From: Candidatus Saccharimonadales bacterium
GTDB taxonomy: Bacteria > Patescibacteriota > Saccharimonadia > Saccharimonadales > DATKHC01
Length of the DNA: 64,000 nt
Direction: 5' to 3'
Assembly: GCA_038317055.1 (NCBI GenBank)
Contig: JBBQBA010000001.1
Location: 216,153 to 280,152 of the forward strand
The notes under the pieces are model-generated. The model worked only from the letters and a program-made list of their open reading frames with translations, had not been told where the DNA came from and did no database searches. Shown here one piece after another: positions 18,192 to 28,338 of the stretch. Both the position numbers and the translations under genes were made by a program. The number at the start of each line of letters is the position of its first letter. Positions within the stretch are counted from its first letter, which is position 1.

Positions 18192-18209
18192 TAGATTAAG
18201 CTTAGTTTC

Positions 18210-19259
18210 TTATACAGCTACTGATGCAACGCGAACTTTATCAGCAATTTCTTTTAATACTTTTGGGTTCTCTTGAAGATAAAGCTTTGTTGCTTCCCGA
18301 CCTTGACCAATTTTTTCTGAATTATATGCATACCAAGCACCAGACTTCTCAACAATTTCATACTGAGTAGCTAAGTCTAATACGTCACCGCTATATGAAA
18401 TTCCTTCGTTATACATAATGTCGAATTCTGCTTCACGAAAGGGTGGGGCAATTTTATTTTTAACTACTTTGACTCGAGTTCGATTTCCGATGACAGCCTC
18501 ACCCTGCTTAATTTGAGAGATTCGTCTTATATCCATACGGATACTAGAGTAAAATTTCAGTGCATTACCACCAGTTGTAGTTTCAGGATTACCAAACATA
18601 ATTCCAATCTTCATTCTAATTTGATTAACGAAGATTATGGTGGTTTTAGATCGACTTATTACTCCCGTTAATTTTCTTAAAGCTTGACTCATAAGTCTAG
18701 CCTGTAACCCAGGAAGAGAATCACCCATGTCACCTTCAATCTCAGCTCTAGGTACGAGAGCAGCTACTGAATCAATAACAATAATATCTACGGCATTACT
18801 TCTAACTAGTGTTTCAGCAATCTCCAATGCTTGTTCGCCGTTATCTGGTTGAGAAATTAAGAGGTTTTCTGTATCAACGCCAATTCGTTTCGCATAAGCT
18901 GGATCTAGTGCGTGCTCAGCATCAATAAAAGCAGCAGTTCCACCTGAACGTTGAACTGAAGCAATAGCATGTAAAGTTAGTGTCGTCTTTCCTGAACTTT
19001 CAGGACCATATATTTCTACTACTCTACCTTTAGGAAAACCACCACCAAGTGCAATATCTAGTCCAAGTGTCCCACTTGAAACAGTTTCAACGTTTGACCT
19101 ATGTGATTCACCCAATTTCATAATGGCACCTTTGCCGTATTGCTTTTCAATTGAGTCTATTGCTAGACCTAGAGCTTTGGTTTTGCCCCCTTGTTGTTCA
19201 GTGTTAGCATCACTGGGAACTTCTTTTAGTTCCTTCTTATTCTTCTTTGAAATAGCCAT
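18210..19259 (-). CDS. recA: recombinase RecA
   Basis: [13 protein letters not shown] Walker [39 protein letters not shown]. Confidence 0.97.
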   Translation of the reverse strand: MAISKKNKKELKEVPSDANTEQQGGKTKALGLAIDSIEKQYGKGAIMKLGESHRSNVETVSSGTLGLDIALGGGFPKGRVVEIYGPESSGKTTLTLHAIASVQRSGGTAAFIDAEHALDPAYAKRIGVDTENLLISQPDNGEQALEIAETLVRSNAVDIIVIDSVAALVPRAEIEGDMGDSLPGLQARLMSQALRKLTGVISRSKTTIIFVNQIRMKIGIMFGNPETTTGGNALKFYSSIRMDIRRISQIKQGEAVIGNRTRVKVVKNKIAPPFREAEFDIMYNEGISYSGDVLDLATQYEIVEKSGAWYAYNSEKIGQGREATKLYLQENPKVLKEIADKVRVASVAV

Positions 19260-19314
19260 AAAAATTAATGTCCTTATCTGCCCCCGAGTTAATATACTTA
19301 TTGAAGTAAGCTGT

Positions 19315-19342
19315 TTCTATCTATCATTATAACAAGATAGAA
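19315..19342. promoter_or_regulatory. perfect 8-bp inverted repeat TTCTATCT-N12-AGATAGAA in the recA/pilB divergent region
   Basis: Read directly. The spacer contains TATAAC. Its role as operator or promoter is unproven. Confidence 0.25.
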
Positions 19343-19407
19343 CTCCATATCTTAGTTGATAATTAGTTATGATACAAGCCTTAACTTTTATATAATGTGT
19401 TTTATAT

Positions 19408-20703
19408 ATGGTGGGCAAAAAAATTGATACTTTGAAAAAAATAACCGCCGGGCAATTACTTGATTTATTAATTGAAAAAGCCGTAGAAGCCAGGGCAAGC
19501 TTCATACACATCGAACCGCGTAGTGCAGAAGTAATAGTAAGATATAGGGTAAATGGATCATTGATAGAAATAGATAAGTTCTCTAAAAGTAAACTTGAAA
19601 GTCTGTCAGAAAAAATAAAGAATTTAGCTGGATTAGAAAATAAATTAAAAAACATCCCTCAGGATGGCAGATTCAAGATGTCCATAAAAGATGAAGCTTT
19701 TAGTATGAGAGTATCAATACTACCAACACTTGATGGTGAGCGGATCTCAATAAATATATTGAGCATCTCATCAAAGCTACCATCATTAGTTGAACTTGGC
19801 TATTGGGGAACCGGGCTAAAAGCTATTCAAAATGCCTTAACCCAAAGCCACGGAGTTATCTTGATAGGAGGACCAGCTAATTCAGGTAAGTCTTTAAGTT
19901 TAGTTAGCATGTTAAACAACATTACAGACACTGACATTAAGATAGCTACCATTGAAGACCCGGTTGAATATGTATTGCCCAAAGTGAACCAAACTCAAGT
20001 TAATCACAAAACTAATTTAGATTTTGCTACTGGTCTTAAATCAATTGAGAATCAAGATACAGACGTAGTTATGGTGAGTGAATTAAGGGATAGTGAAACA
20101 GCAAACTTAGTATTTAACTATGGTTCTAATAAAAATTTAATCTTAAGTAGTATCTATACTAAGAACATTAACGAAGCAATTGAGAAGTTAGCAAATATTG
20201 GTATTAGTAGGCCACTAATTGCACATTCACTAAAGTTAATTAGCTCGCAACGCATAGTTAGAAGGTTATGTGAGACTTGTCGAGAACTAATAGTACCAAA
20301 TAAATATACTCTAAATTTAATCAATGATATTTTTGGTTTATCGAGTCCTAAAACTATGAAGTACATTCATAAACTAGAAGCAAACTATAAACAAGAATCT
20401 CAAAAAAACCAAAAAGGATTGAATACCACTGATACTAAGATTAAAAAAGTCTATATATCTCATAATGAAGGATGTGATGATTGTATGCACACTGGCTACA
20501 AAGGATCGGTCGGACTTTATGAAGTAGTTAACGTTTCTGAATCTATCCAAAAATTAATTCTTTCACTTGCATCACCTAAAGTGCTATTTGATAGAGCAAA
20601 ATTAGAGGGAACAACAAGTGTTTTAGTAGATGGTTTAGTAAAGTCATTGACTGGTACTACCTCAATAAATGAAATTTTTGGGATTCATCAAGAATACATG
20701 TAG
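19408..20703 (+). CDS. type II/IV secretion ATPase (PilB/GspE-like), short and divergent
   Basis: FIHIEP, QDGRF, Walker A variant GGPANSGKS, TIEDPVE, Walker B/Asp box DVVMVSELRD, and the tetracysteine CETC...CDDC. Confidence 0.85.
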   Translation: MVGKKIDTLKKITAGQLLDLLIEKAVEARASFIHIEPRSAEVIVRYRVNGSLIEIDKFSKSKLESLSEKIKNLAGLENKLKNIPQDGRFKMSIKDEAFSMRVSILPTLDGERISINILSISSKLPSLVELGYWGTGLKAIQNALTQSHGVILIGGPANSGKSLSLVSMLNNITDTDIKIATIEDPVEYVLPKVNQTQVNHKTNLDFATGLKSIENQDTDVVMVSELRDSETANLVFNYGSNKNLILSSIYTKNINEAIEKLANIGISRPLIAHSLKLISSQRIVRRLCETCRELIVPNKYTLNLINDIFGLSSPKTMKYIHKLEANYKQESQKNQKGLNTTDTKIKKVYISHNEGCDDCMHTGYKGSVGLYEVVNVSESIQKLILSLASPKVLFDRAKLEGTTSVLVDGLVKSLTGTTSINEIFGIHQEYM

Positions 20704-20768
20704 TAAGATTTGCTATTCTAGGAGTTGTTGATTAACAATAGTGTTATGATTATAGAAGTTAAGTTAAT

Positions 20769-21248
20769 ATGAAATATATGAAAAAACGACGTTTAAATAG
20801 TTCTGATTCAGGATTTACAATTGTAGAGATTTTAGTAATTATTCTTATAATTGGGATACTTTCAACAGTATTAGTATTAACTTACAGTGGAGTTAAAGTT
20901 AGGCAACAAAATACAGCTCGTATTACTGGGATAAAACTAATTCAGTCTAATTTAGAAACTTTTTATGCGCAATCAGGTTTTTATCCTACTCTTTCAGAGA
21001 TGAACAGTGCTAGTTGGACAAAGACTAATCTTAAAACTCTTGAAGCTTCAGACCTACAGGACCCAAATGCCAAATCCAATTCAACAAATTTTGCTGATGG
21101 TCCAACAATTAATCAATATAGTTATCAACCAACTGCTATCGACGGTACATCACAATGTGATAACAAAACAATTCCTTGTGCTCAATATACATTGACCGCC
21201 ACACTCGGTGGAAACTCCGGTACATTCGCAGAGAAAAGCCTTAACTAA
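20769..21248 (+). CDS. type IV pilin
   Basis: Class III signal [19 protein letters not shown], with cleavage after Gly and Glu at +5. Confidence 0.8.
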   Translation: MKYMKKRRLNSSDSGFTIVEILVIILIIGILSTVLVLTYSGVKVRQQNTARITGIKLIQSNLETFYAQSGFYPTLSEMNSASWTKTNLKTLEASDLQDPNAKSNSTNFADGPTINQYSYQPTAIDGTSQCDNKTIPCAQYTLTATLGGNSGTFAEKSLN

Positions 21249-22279
21249 AGTAAACTACGCTGATTTGTATCAGATTTAGTCTTTTTCAGGTGTTTATATG
21301 CTTTGTCTGTTGCTTCTCTACCTCTAGATGTTCTAACAAGTAAACCTATCTGCATTAAGTAAGGTTCATAAAAGTCTTCAATAGTTGATCGCTCTTCTGC
21401 GATTAATGCAGCGATAGCTTCTACTCCAACCGGACCACCATCGTACTTTTCAATAATTGCATTGAGCAACATTCTGTCTGCCGGTTCTAGCCCAAGACTA
21501 TCTACATCAAGTAGTTCAAGTGCGCTGATATTCAGTTTTTCATCAATAATTCCGTCACCATTAACATCAGCATAGTCTCTTACTCTTTTTAATAACCTAT
21601 TTGCAATACGCGGAGTAAGACGTGAGCGTTGGGCTAATTCTTTAGCAGCTGGATCACTTATTACTACTCCAATAATCTTGGCGGCTCGTTTAATAACTTG
21701 CTCAATCTCCTCAGGTGTATAAAATTCAAGTCTATGAATCATACCAAAACGATCACGAAGGGGAGCCGCTAACGTACCGGTCCTTGTTGTTGCACCGATA
21801 ATCGTAAACTTAGGTAAATCTAGTCTTAAAGATTTTGCACTTGGTCCTTTTCCTAGAATAATATCTAGTTTGAAATCTTCCATAGCACTGTACAGAACCT
21901 CTTCTATGGATCGATGTAATCTATGGATTTCATCAATAAATAGAATGTCTCCGTCTTGAAGGTTTGTGAGTAGGCTTGCGAGATCAGCTGAACGCTCGAT
22001 CGCAGGACCTGAGGTTACTCTAATGCTTGCTCCCATTTCATTAGCTATTACTGTTGCCATAGTAGTTTTACCAAGTCCCGGTGGACCATATAAAAGAACG
22101 TGGTCAATTGGTTCGCCACGTTTTTTGGCAGCATCTATGGATAGTTTTAAATTTTTCTTAAGCCTTGGCTGACCTATGTAGTTTTCAAAGTCGCGTGGTC
22201 TTAGTGTATTCTCTAGTTCCTGTTCTTGCTCGTCATCATTTTCATCTATAAGATTATTTAGTATTCGTTCAACTGCCAT
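21245..22279 (-). CDS. ruvB: Holliday junction helicase RuvB
   Basis: [17 protein letters not shown], and the typical N-terminal [12 protein letters not shown]. Confidence 0.95.
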   Translation of the reverse strand: MAVERILNNLIDENDDEQEQELENTLRPRDFENYIGQPRLKKNLKLSIDAAKKRGEPIDHVLLYGPPGLGKTTMATVIANEMGASIRVTSGPAIERSADLASLLTNLQDGDILFIDEIHRLHRSIEEVLYSAMEDFKLDIILGKGPSAKSLRLDLPKFTIIGATTRTGTLAAPLRDRFGMIHRLEFYTPEEIEQVIKRAAKIIGVVISDPAAKELAQRSRLTPRIANRLLKRVRDYADVNGDGIIDEKLNISALELLDVDSLGLEPADRMLLNAIIEKYDGGPVGVEAIAALIAEERSTIEDFYEPYLMQIGLLVRTSRGREATDKAYKHLKKTKSDTNQRSLL

Positions 22280-22292
22280 AATATACTTCCAA

Positions 22293-22874
22293 TTAATGCT
22301 TTAGAGCTAGGGTTACCCTTTCCTTAGTAGATAAATCTTTTTCTATTGGTTTTAGTGCCATGATAGCATCCGCTACTGAATATCCTAGCGCTACAAGCGC
22401 TTGAACAGCTTCATCCTGCATTGCGGCATCATCGCCAATTAACAGGGAAGATTCATCAACTGAACTTATTATGCCAACTTTATCTTTAAGCTCAATTAAT
22501 ATTCGCTCAGCTACTTTTTTACCAACACCATTAGCAGTCTGAATTAATTTCACATTACCGCTTGCAATTGCTTGGCTTACGCCGTTAACTGAACCAATGC
22601 TTAGGATACTTAGAGCTACTTTAGGCCCAACCCCATTTACATTAATTAATTTTATGAAAAGTTCTTTAGCTGCAAGTTCACTAAATCCATATAAATCAAA
22701 AGTATTTTCGCGGATATGTTCGTAGACATAAATTTTAGCAGGATCACCAATATTAAATTTACTATAGGTTTCACCTGGAACTAGTAATCCGTAGCCAACT
22801 CCTCGAACATCTAAAACAATTGAGTCTATAAGTTTCTCCTGTATTTGGCCGGTAAGGGTAGCTATCATAGTCAT
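22293..22874 (-). CDS. ruvA: Holliday junction DNA-binding protein RuvA
   Basis: MIATLTGQI...[11 protein letters not shown] and the HhH motifs [13 protein letters not shown] / [15 protein letters not shown]. Confidence 0.9.
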   Translation of the reverse strand: MTMIATLTGQIQEKLIDSIVLDVRGVGYGLLVPGETYSKFNIGDPAKIYVYEHIRENTFDLYGFSELAAKELFIKLINVNGVGPKVALSILSIGSVNGVSQAIASGNVKLIQTANGVGKKVAERILIELKDKVGIISSVDESSLLIGDDAAMQDEAVQALVALGYSVADAIMALKPIEKDLSTKERVTLALKH

Positions 22875-22875
22875 A

Positions 22876-23357
22876 TTATCGCATAGTCATGGAGTGACAG
22901 ATCGCTGCAGCAAGAGCATCAGCACAATCATCCGGTTTAGGTTGCTCTTTTAGACCCAAAATAATTCTTACCATTTCTTGAATTTGTTGCTTTGTTGCTC
23001 GGCCATAACTTGTAAGTGCTTGTTTGATCTGAAGGGGAGTGTACTCAAATAATTCCATACCACCTTTTTTACCTAGTAATAGGACTACCCCCCTTGCCTG
23101 GCTGACGCTCATTGCGGTTGTTACATTTTTGGCAAAGAATAGCTTTTCAACTGACATTATAGCTGGCTTAAATTCTTGAATAATCTCTTTGAGTTCATCA
23201 TATATCGTTAATAACCTGTCGCTGTCTGGCGAATTAGCGGGAGTTTTAATAACCCCAGCGTCAACTAGACTAAGTTTGCCTTTAGGACCGACATCAATTA
23301 TTCCAAAACCTAGGATTCCCGTCCCCGGGTCAATTCCCAATATACGTTTAGAACTCA
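22876..23357 (-). CDS. ruvC: crossover junction endodeoxyribonuclease RuvC
   Basis: ILGIDPGTGILGFG. The track starts at 23391, which overlaps yebC by 32 nt. A TTG at 23357, just after the yebC stop, is a plausible alternative start. Confidence 0.88.
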
Positions 23358-23359
23358 AT

Positions 23360-24091
23360 TTATTCTCCAAGGAATTCCTCGGGAATATCAAAATTTACAT
23401 GAGTGGCAGTGACATCTTCATTGTCATCAAGAGCATCCATTAGTCTTATAATTTTTCCAGCAGTTTTTTCATCAGTAACTTTAGTAATCAGTTTAGGGAT
23501 AAAAGTTAATTCAGCTTCAACTATTTCAATTTTAGCTGCCTGAAGATTATTTCTGACTTCAGCTAGTTTTTTGGGATCAGTATAAATTATACTTTCATCG
23601 CCGTCTTCTTGAACGTCTTCAGCGCCTGCATCAATTGCTGTTAATAAAAGCTCATCACCTTTGCCGACTACTCTAATCATTCCCTTTTGCTCAAACTGAA
23701 AAGCTACAGCCCCCTTTTCGGCGATATTACCTCCATGTTTTGAAAATGCTAGTTTCACCTCAGGGTAAGTTCTATTCAAGTTGTCAGTTGCACATTCAAC
23801 TAGAATTGCTACACCACTAGGACCATAACCTTCGTACAATACTTCTTGAATCTGGTCTCCACCTAGCTTTCCACTACCGCGGTCAATTGATCTTTGGATA
23901 TTTGCTGTAGGCATATTTGCGGACCTTGCTTTATCAACAGCTAGCCTCAACGTAAAATTAGTGTCTGGATCTGCACCACCCCTGGCAGCAATAGCAATCG
24001 CATTACCAAGTTTAGTGAATAATGCACCACGCTTAGAGTCCGTTACTGCCTTTTGGCGTTTTATAGTCGCCCACTTTGAATGTCCAGACAT
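23360..24091 (-). CDS. yebC: YebC/PmpR family transcriptional regulator
   Basis: MSGHSKWATIKRQKAVTDSKRG...YEGYGPSGVA. Confidence 0.92.
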   Translation of the reverse strand: MSGHSKWATIKRQKAVTDSKRGALFTKLGNAIAIAARGGADPDTNFTLRLAVDKARSANMPTANIQRSIDRGSGKLGGDQIQEVLYEGYGPSGVAILVECATDNLNRTYPEVKLAFSKHGGNIAEKGAVAFQFEQKGMIRVVGKGDELLLTAIDAGAEDVQEDGDESIIYTDPKKLAEVRNNLQAAKIEIVEAELTFIPKLITKVTDEKTAGKIIRLMDALDDNEDVTATHVNFDIPEEFLGE

Positions 24092-24229
24092 AGGAGAAAA
24101 CCTTTTCTAAATTTACTTTCCTATTATGTCATTTTTTATTAGTTACATCCATAGACCTGGCGTACTTTTTAATCTTAATAAGGAGCGAGCAATCTTCTGA
24201 TAAACTATAGATTAAGCATAAGACAGACA

Positions 24230-25195
24230 ATGAAAAGCATATATAAATTTAAACTGTTGAGATTTGAACTACTCGGACTAGTTATTTTTAGTTTATTTAT
24301 TTTTGGATATATTCATAACTCAAGCGTATATGCGGTAGCACCTGCGACTGATCTACCAATTTTTCAACCAAACAATTGTGGTGGAGGAGATTTAACTGAC
24401 TTCTCAGTACTTCTTACTACTCAAATTAAAGGAGATTTATATGTTCGCCTACCACCAAAAACAGAACCTACTACAATACACCTATATTCAATGCCACTCT
24501 TGGGTGGATCTTGTACATCACTAGGATCAATTACTGCTCAAACCAATCAATGGAAAAAAATTGCTAGTAATGTAGTCTTAGAAAAAGACACGTCCTTAGT
24601 TATTGAAGGAGATAATGTTGGAGCAGAACCCTATGCTGCAGTTGCAAGTATATTAATTATTCCGGACTCCAGTATTTGCGTTCCAGATCAAGATTGCGAA
24701 TCGTCGTATAAGGGTTATAGCGGTATCCTACAGCCGGCATTAATATCTGGTAATACTGATCAAATCGCTTTATATCAGGCAAATCCAATCAGTGATATAA
24801 AATATAAGACTATAAATTATTATTCAGATGGAAGCTTTTTATACTCATCGAAAAAACTTTTACCATTAAATAAAAACTATTTAGCTGGTGGCGTACATTC
24901 AACTTCAATTCAGGTTATTTTCAAAAATGGTGAAACTTTTTCCATAAATAAAAGTATCAATAATGGTGTTGATTGGTCTGGAAGTTTACTAGTTAAAAGC
25001 GTTGCATATAAACATCTAGGGCAAGCAGCAATATTTGTATTTATAGGTATATTTATACTTATTATTTCGCTTATATTATGGATATCTAGAAAAATATATA
25101 AAAAACGAATGTATAAAATAGAGCATGGTCTAGATAAATACGACCCAAATAAGCCGTCCGATAATGATATAACTAACCCGCCAGTAATTGGTTAG
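24230..25195 (+). CDS. type I membrane protein, function unknown
   Basis: N-terminal signal ending VYA/VAP, and a C-terminal TM AAIFVFIGIFILIISLILWI followed by a basic tail. Confidence 0.6.
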   Translation: MKSIYKFKLLRFELLGLVIFSLFIFGYIHNSSVYAVAPATDLPIFQPNNCGGGDLTDFSVLLTTQIKGDLYVRLPPKTEPTTIHLYSMPLLGGSCTSLGSITAQTNQWKKIASNVVLEKDTSLVIEGDNVGAEPYAAVASILIIPDSSICVPDQDCESSYKGYSGILQPALISGNTDQIALYQANPISDIKYKTINYYSDGSFLYSSKKLLPLNKNYLAGGVHSTSIQVIFKNGETFSINKSINNGVDWSGSLLVKSVAYKHLGQAAIFVFIGIFILIISLILWISRKIYKKRMYKIEHGLDKYDPNKPSDNDITNPPVIG

Positions 25196-25875
25196 TATAA
25201 TTTTATTTTATTAAGTGGATAAATTCTTAATATTACATGTCCAACAATGTAGCTAGAAGGTATCGCTCCTAAGCTAGATCGAGAATCTATTGAACCTCCC
25301 GGTGTTCTGTTGTCACCTAAAACAAAAATTTGACCATCGGGAATTGTTTCATTAAAATCACCAACTGTTTGTTGAAGATTTTTCCCGTAAGGGGCAGCGT
25401 CTGGATTAAATCCATTAGGGTGAGACGAATTAATAACTGATACACTACCATTACCAATATTTACTTGTTCTCCAGAGAAACCAACCACCCGCTTTACTAG
25501 TTGCACTCCTGAATTATTTGTATCATCGACAATAACTAGATTACTTCGTTTAGGAATATATTGAGAGTTTGTTATTTTTGCCCAGGTTTGTGGCAATTTC
25601 CATACTACTAAAACGTTACCTGTCTGCAAAGTTGGTTGCATCGAATAGCCATTAACAATCGTGATACTAACTACATAATTTAGAACTAACAGTACAACCA
25701 CCAAAGTAATTACTATGACTGAACCTAATTTTAATCGGTTCTTGATTGTCTCGTTTCTTATTTGAGATTTTGGTAATTCAGCCTTTGTAGGAGATTTAAT
25801 TATTTTTGACGATGAGTTGTTTAATACCATTAACTTATTTTCAATGATTACTACTTTTATAAAACTACTTAACAA
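25192..25875 (-). CDS. lepB: signal peptidase I
   Basis: Catalytic Ser box NGYSMQPTL, Lys box LVKRVVG, and GDNRTPGGSIDSR. The start may be the internal MVLNN. Confidence 0.85.
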   Translation of the reverse strand: MLSSFIKVVIIENKLMVLNNSSSKIIKSPTKAELPKSQIRNETIKNRLKLGSVIVITLVVVLLVLNYVVSITIVNGYSMQPTLQTGNVLVVWKLPQTWAKITNSQYIPKRSNLVIVDDTNNSGVQLVKRVVGFSGEQVNIGNGSVSVINSSHPNGFNPDAAPYGKNLQQTVGDFNETIPDGQIFVLGDNRTPGGSIDSRSSLGAIPSSYIVGHVILRIYPLNKIKLY

Positions 25876-25918
25876 TCGTTTAATTATTAATCAAGCTTTT
25901 ATTTTGCGATAATTAACT

Positions 25919-26428
25919 TTATAAATATGTGACGCTTGGAGGAGGACAAGTTTGAATACTAGCTGGATCTACTCTGGACGGACCAAAGAAAGCTCCATTA
26001 CCGTTCTTTGCAAGAGCTTCTACAAGATCATGTTTGGGTTTAGATGCATATATAGTAAGCGAACCAACTACACCATTAAAGAATGCAGCTCCCGAATAAT
26101 GAAATTCCCTGGTAGGTCCTCTAAAAGTATTTAATTGATAACTTGTCCATCTAAGTCCACCAGTTATTGATGCAGGTTGTATAAAGTAAACTTTAACTGT
26201 ATAAGTACCGTTAAATGCTGATGAGTAATTTTGACATGCGTTTATATTAAAACCGAATGCACTAAACAAACTACTGTATCCGCTAGCATGAGAAACTGTA
26301 GCTTTCTTATGATGTTGATAGACAAAGTACCCCGCTCCGGCTATTACAGCTACTACTACAACTATGACGATTAGTTCTAGGTGAGCAAATCCTTTTGAGT
26401 TATTTTTTATTTTATTTAGTATTTTCAT
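25919..26428 (-). CDS. exported protein with a pilin-like/SHA leader (paralog A)
   Basis: MKILNKIKNNSKGFAHLELIVIVVVVAVIAGAGYFVYQHHKKATVSHASG. It is a tandem paralog of 26453..26926. Confidence 0.65.
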   Translation of the reverse strand: MKILNKIKNNSKGFAHLELIVIVVVVAVIAGAGYFVYQHHKKATVSHASGYSSLFSAFGFNINACQNYSSAFNGTYTVKVYFIQPASITGGLRWTSYQLNTFRGPTREFHYSGAAFFNGVVGSLTIYASKPKHDLVEALAKNGNGAFFGPSRVDPASIQTCPPPSVTYL

Positions 26429-26452
26429 TTTGACCTTTCCTAATAGTTATAC

Positions 26453-26926
26453 TTAACAATGTAACAAATACCCTGGGTACCAGTGGACATAGCTCGCTTC
26501 TTTAGTGCTGCCTGCCGAAAATGTTTGATTTAGTGGTTTATTCACATAGGTGGTTAATATTGCGACTGTATTATTGAAATAAGCATCACCATTTTGTACG
26601 GTACTTCCAATTAGATGACCGTTTACATCATTTAAATACATTTCGTATGAAGCAGTGTTAGACGGAGTATCAGCAGATTTTATAAATCGAACTTCTACTT
26701 TCCAGCCACCGCCAAAGCCTGAAACTGGTGTGGCACATGCACTTACACTAATATTTCCATGTTTCCCCAGAGAGGACCAACCAGCGGCATGTGAGACATT
26801 GGTTTTAGTATGATTTTGATATACAAAATATCCAGCACCAGCTATTGCCGCTATTACTACTACCGCAATAAACAATTCTATATGGGCGAAACCTAAAGAA
26901 TTGTTTATTTTTTTTAGTGTTTTCAT
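26453..26926 (-). CDS. exported protein with a pilin-like/SHA leader (paralog B)
   Basis: MKTLKKINNSLGFAHIELFIAVVVIAAIAGAGYFVYQNHTKTNVSHAAG. Confidence 0.65.
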   Translation of the reverse strand: MKTLKKINNSLGFAHIELFIAVVVIAAIAGAGYFVYQNHTKTNVSHAAGWSSLGKHGNISVSACATPVSGFGGGWKVEVRFIKSADTPSNTASYEMYLNDVNGHLIGSTVQNGDAYFNNTVAILTTYVNKPLNQTFSAGSTKEASYVHWYPGYLLHC

Positions 26927-27047
26927 TTTTTTTGTTTTTGTACCTTTAATTAAGGGTTCATTTATAGTTGCATGTTAACTGAATCTACTTATAAGCACAA
27001 GTAGTTATACACAAAAAGATCATTGAAAGATATTTTTAGTGTCTTAT

Positions 27048-27200
27048 TTATTGCTCTGAGTGACGTCGACCAACTAATAGATCATAAATAGCTACTATTA
27101 ATCCAATGACAAGTAGAGCATATATTAATGAACCACCAATGTGAGTTAATAGTCCTAACAACCAAAGTACTACCAAAATTATTCCAATATATAGCAACAT
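27048..27200 (-). CDS. 50-aa small membrane protein (lmo0937-like; not in the ORF track)
   Basis: Own translation: MLLYIGIILVVLWLLGLLTHIGGSLIYALLVIGLIVAIYDLLVGRRHSEQ. It resembles the widespread ~50-aa VLWLLG...GRR family. Confidence 0.55.
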   Translation of the reverse strand: MLLYIGIILVVLWLLGLLTHIGGSLIYALLVIGLIVAIYDLLVGRRHSEQ

Positions 27201-27329
27201 AACAACCTCCATTTTATTAATATGAAGTAATTGTAGAATTGTCTATATTTAGATTCTGTAAAAATAATTACAGAATTAGATGTCTAAACCGCTTACCATA
27301 AGATTGTTAATATTAATCGGAGGAATGAT

Positions 27330-27512
27330 ATGACAAAGTACATGCACTACGAAGAAAATGGTAACCTAAAGAATAGGATTATCAGTGGGCCAGTACGCTT
27401 GAGTGAAATGGATTTCGAGAGTTTATATGACGACATCAGCAGTAACTGGAAAGAAAAAGCCCAACGTCTTCAAGCTCGAAGAATGAGAAAGATCAAACAA
27501 CAGCTAGTATAA
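27330..27512 (+). CDS. hypothetical 60-aa protein
   Basis: ORF preceded by GGAGG 7 nt upstream. Basic helical C-terminus. No motif recognised. Confidence 0.4.
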   Translation: MTKYMHYEENGNLKNRIISGPVRLSEMDFESLYDDISSNWKEKAQRLQARRMRKIKQQLV

Positions 27513-27516
27513 TTTA

Positions 27517-28338
27517 TTAGTCTAAGATCCTACTCAATATTTTATAGAAAATTCTGTCACTTGTAATACGCCTAAGAAATAACAATGGAACTGCGCCTCC
27601 TCCGACTGCATAACGTAGTTTGGGGTTAGGCTTAGCTAAGACTTTTACAATTTTCTCAGCTACAACTTCCGGCGGCGATGATACCGATGTTCGACTACTA
27701 CTTTTCATTGATTCAGCTCTTTTTTTAGCGGATATAGCGTACGCACCATTACCAGATGTCTTTAGTAAATTATCTGCGGCAATTGACCACCACTCAGTCT
27801 TGATTGCACCTGGTTCAATCGCAATTACTTTTATATTGAATTGAGCTAGTTCAAGCGCCAATGAATCTGTTAGACCCTCAACTGCAAATTTTGATGCATG
27901 GTACCAAGACCCGAACGGCTCTCCTAATTTACCGCCAATTGAAGAAATATTAATAATTGCACCGTGTCGTGATTCTCGCATTTTAGGAATAACTAATTGA
28001 GATAATCGGGCAAGCCCAAATACGTTTACTTCAAATTGTCTTTTTGCTTCACTAATAGGAACGTCTTCGAGAGCCCCAAAAGAGCCATAGCCAGCATTAT
28101 TGATCAAAACATCTACCATTTTTTCTTCTTTTTCGATTGTATTAATGACATGCTTCATTGAATTATCGTCTGTTACGTCCAGACTAATTGTTCTAATTCC
28201 CTGCTCAATTAGGTGTTCCATTTTATCGGTCCTACGAGCAGCGGCATAAACTTGATAACCTTCTTTTTGTAAGGCGACAGCTATAGACTCTCCCATGCCA
28301 CTAGATGCACCTGTAACTAGTGCTGTATGTTTTCTCAA
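27517..28338 (-). CDS. short-chain dehydrogenase/reductase
   Basis: TGASSGMG cofactor motif, NNAG, and the catalytic YHASK. The TTG start overlaps the stop of the upstream gene. Confidence 0.9.
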   Translation of the reverse strand: MRKHTALVTGASSGMGESIAVALQKEGYQVYAAARRTDKMEHLIEQGIRTISLDVTDDNSMKHVINTIEKEEKMVDVLINNAGYGSFGALEDVPISEAKRQFEVNVFGLARLSQLVIPKMRESRHGAIINISSIGGKLGEPFGSWYHASKFAVEGLTDSLALELAQFNIKVIAIEPGAIKTEWWSIAADNLLKTSGNGAYAISAKKRAESMKSSSRTSVSSPPEVVAEKIVKVLAKPNPKLRYAVGGGAVPLLFLRRITSDRIFYKILSRILD

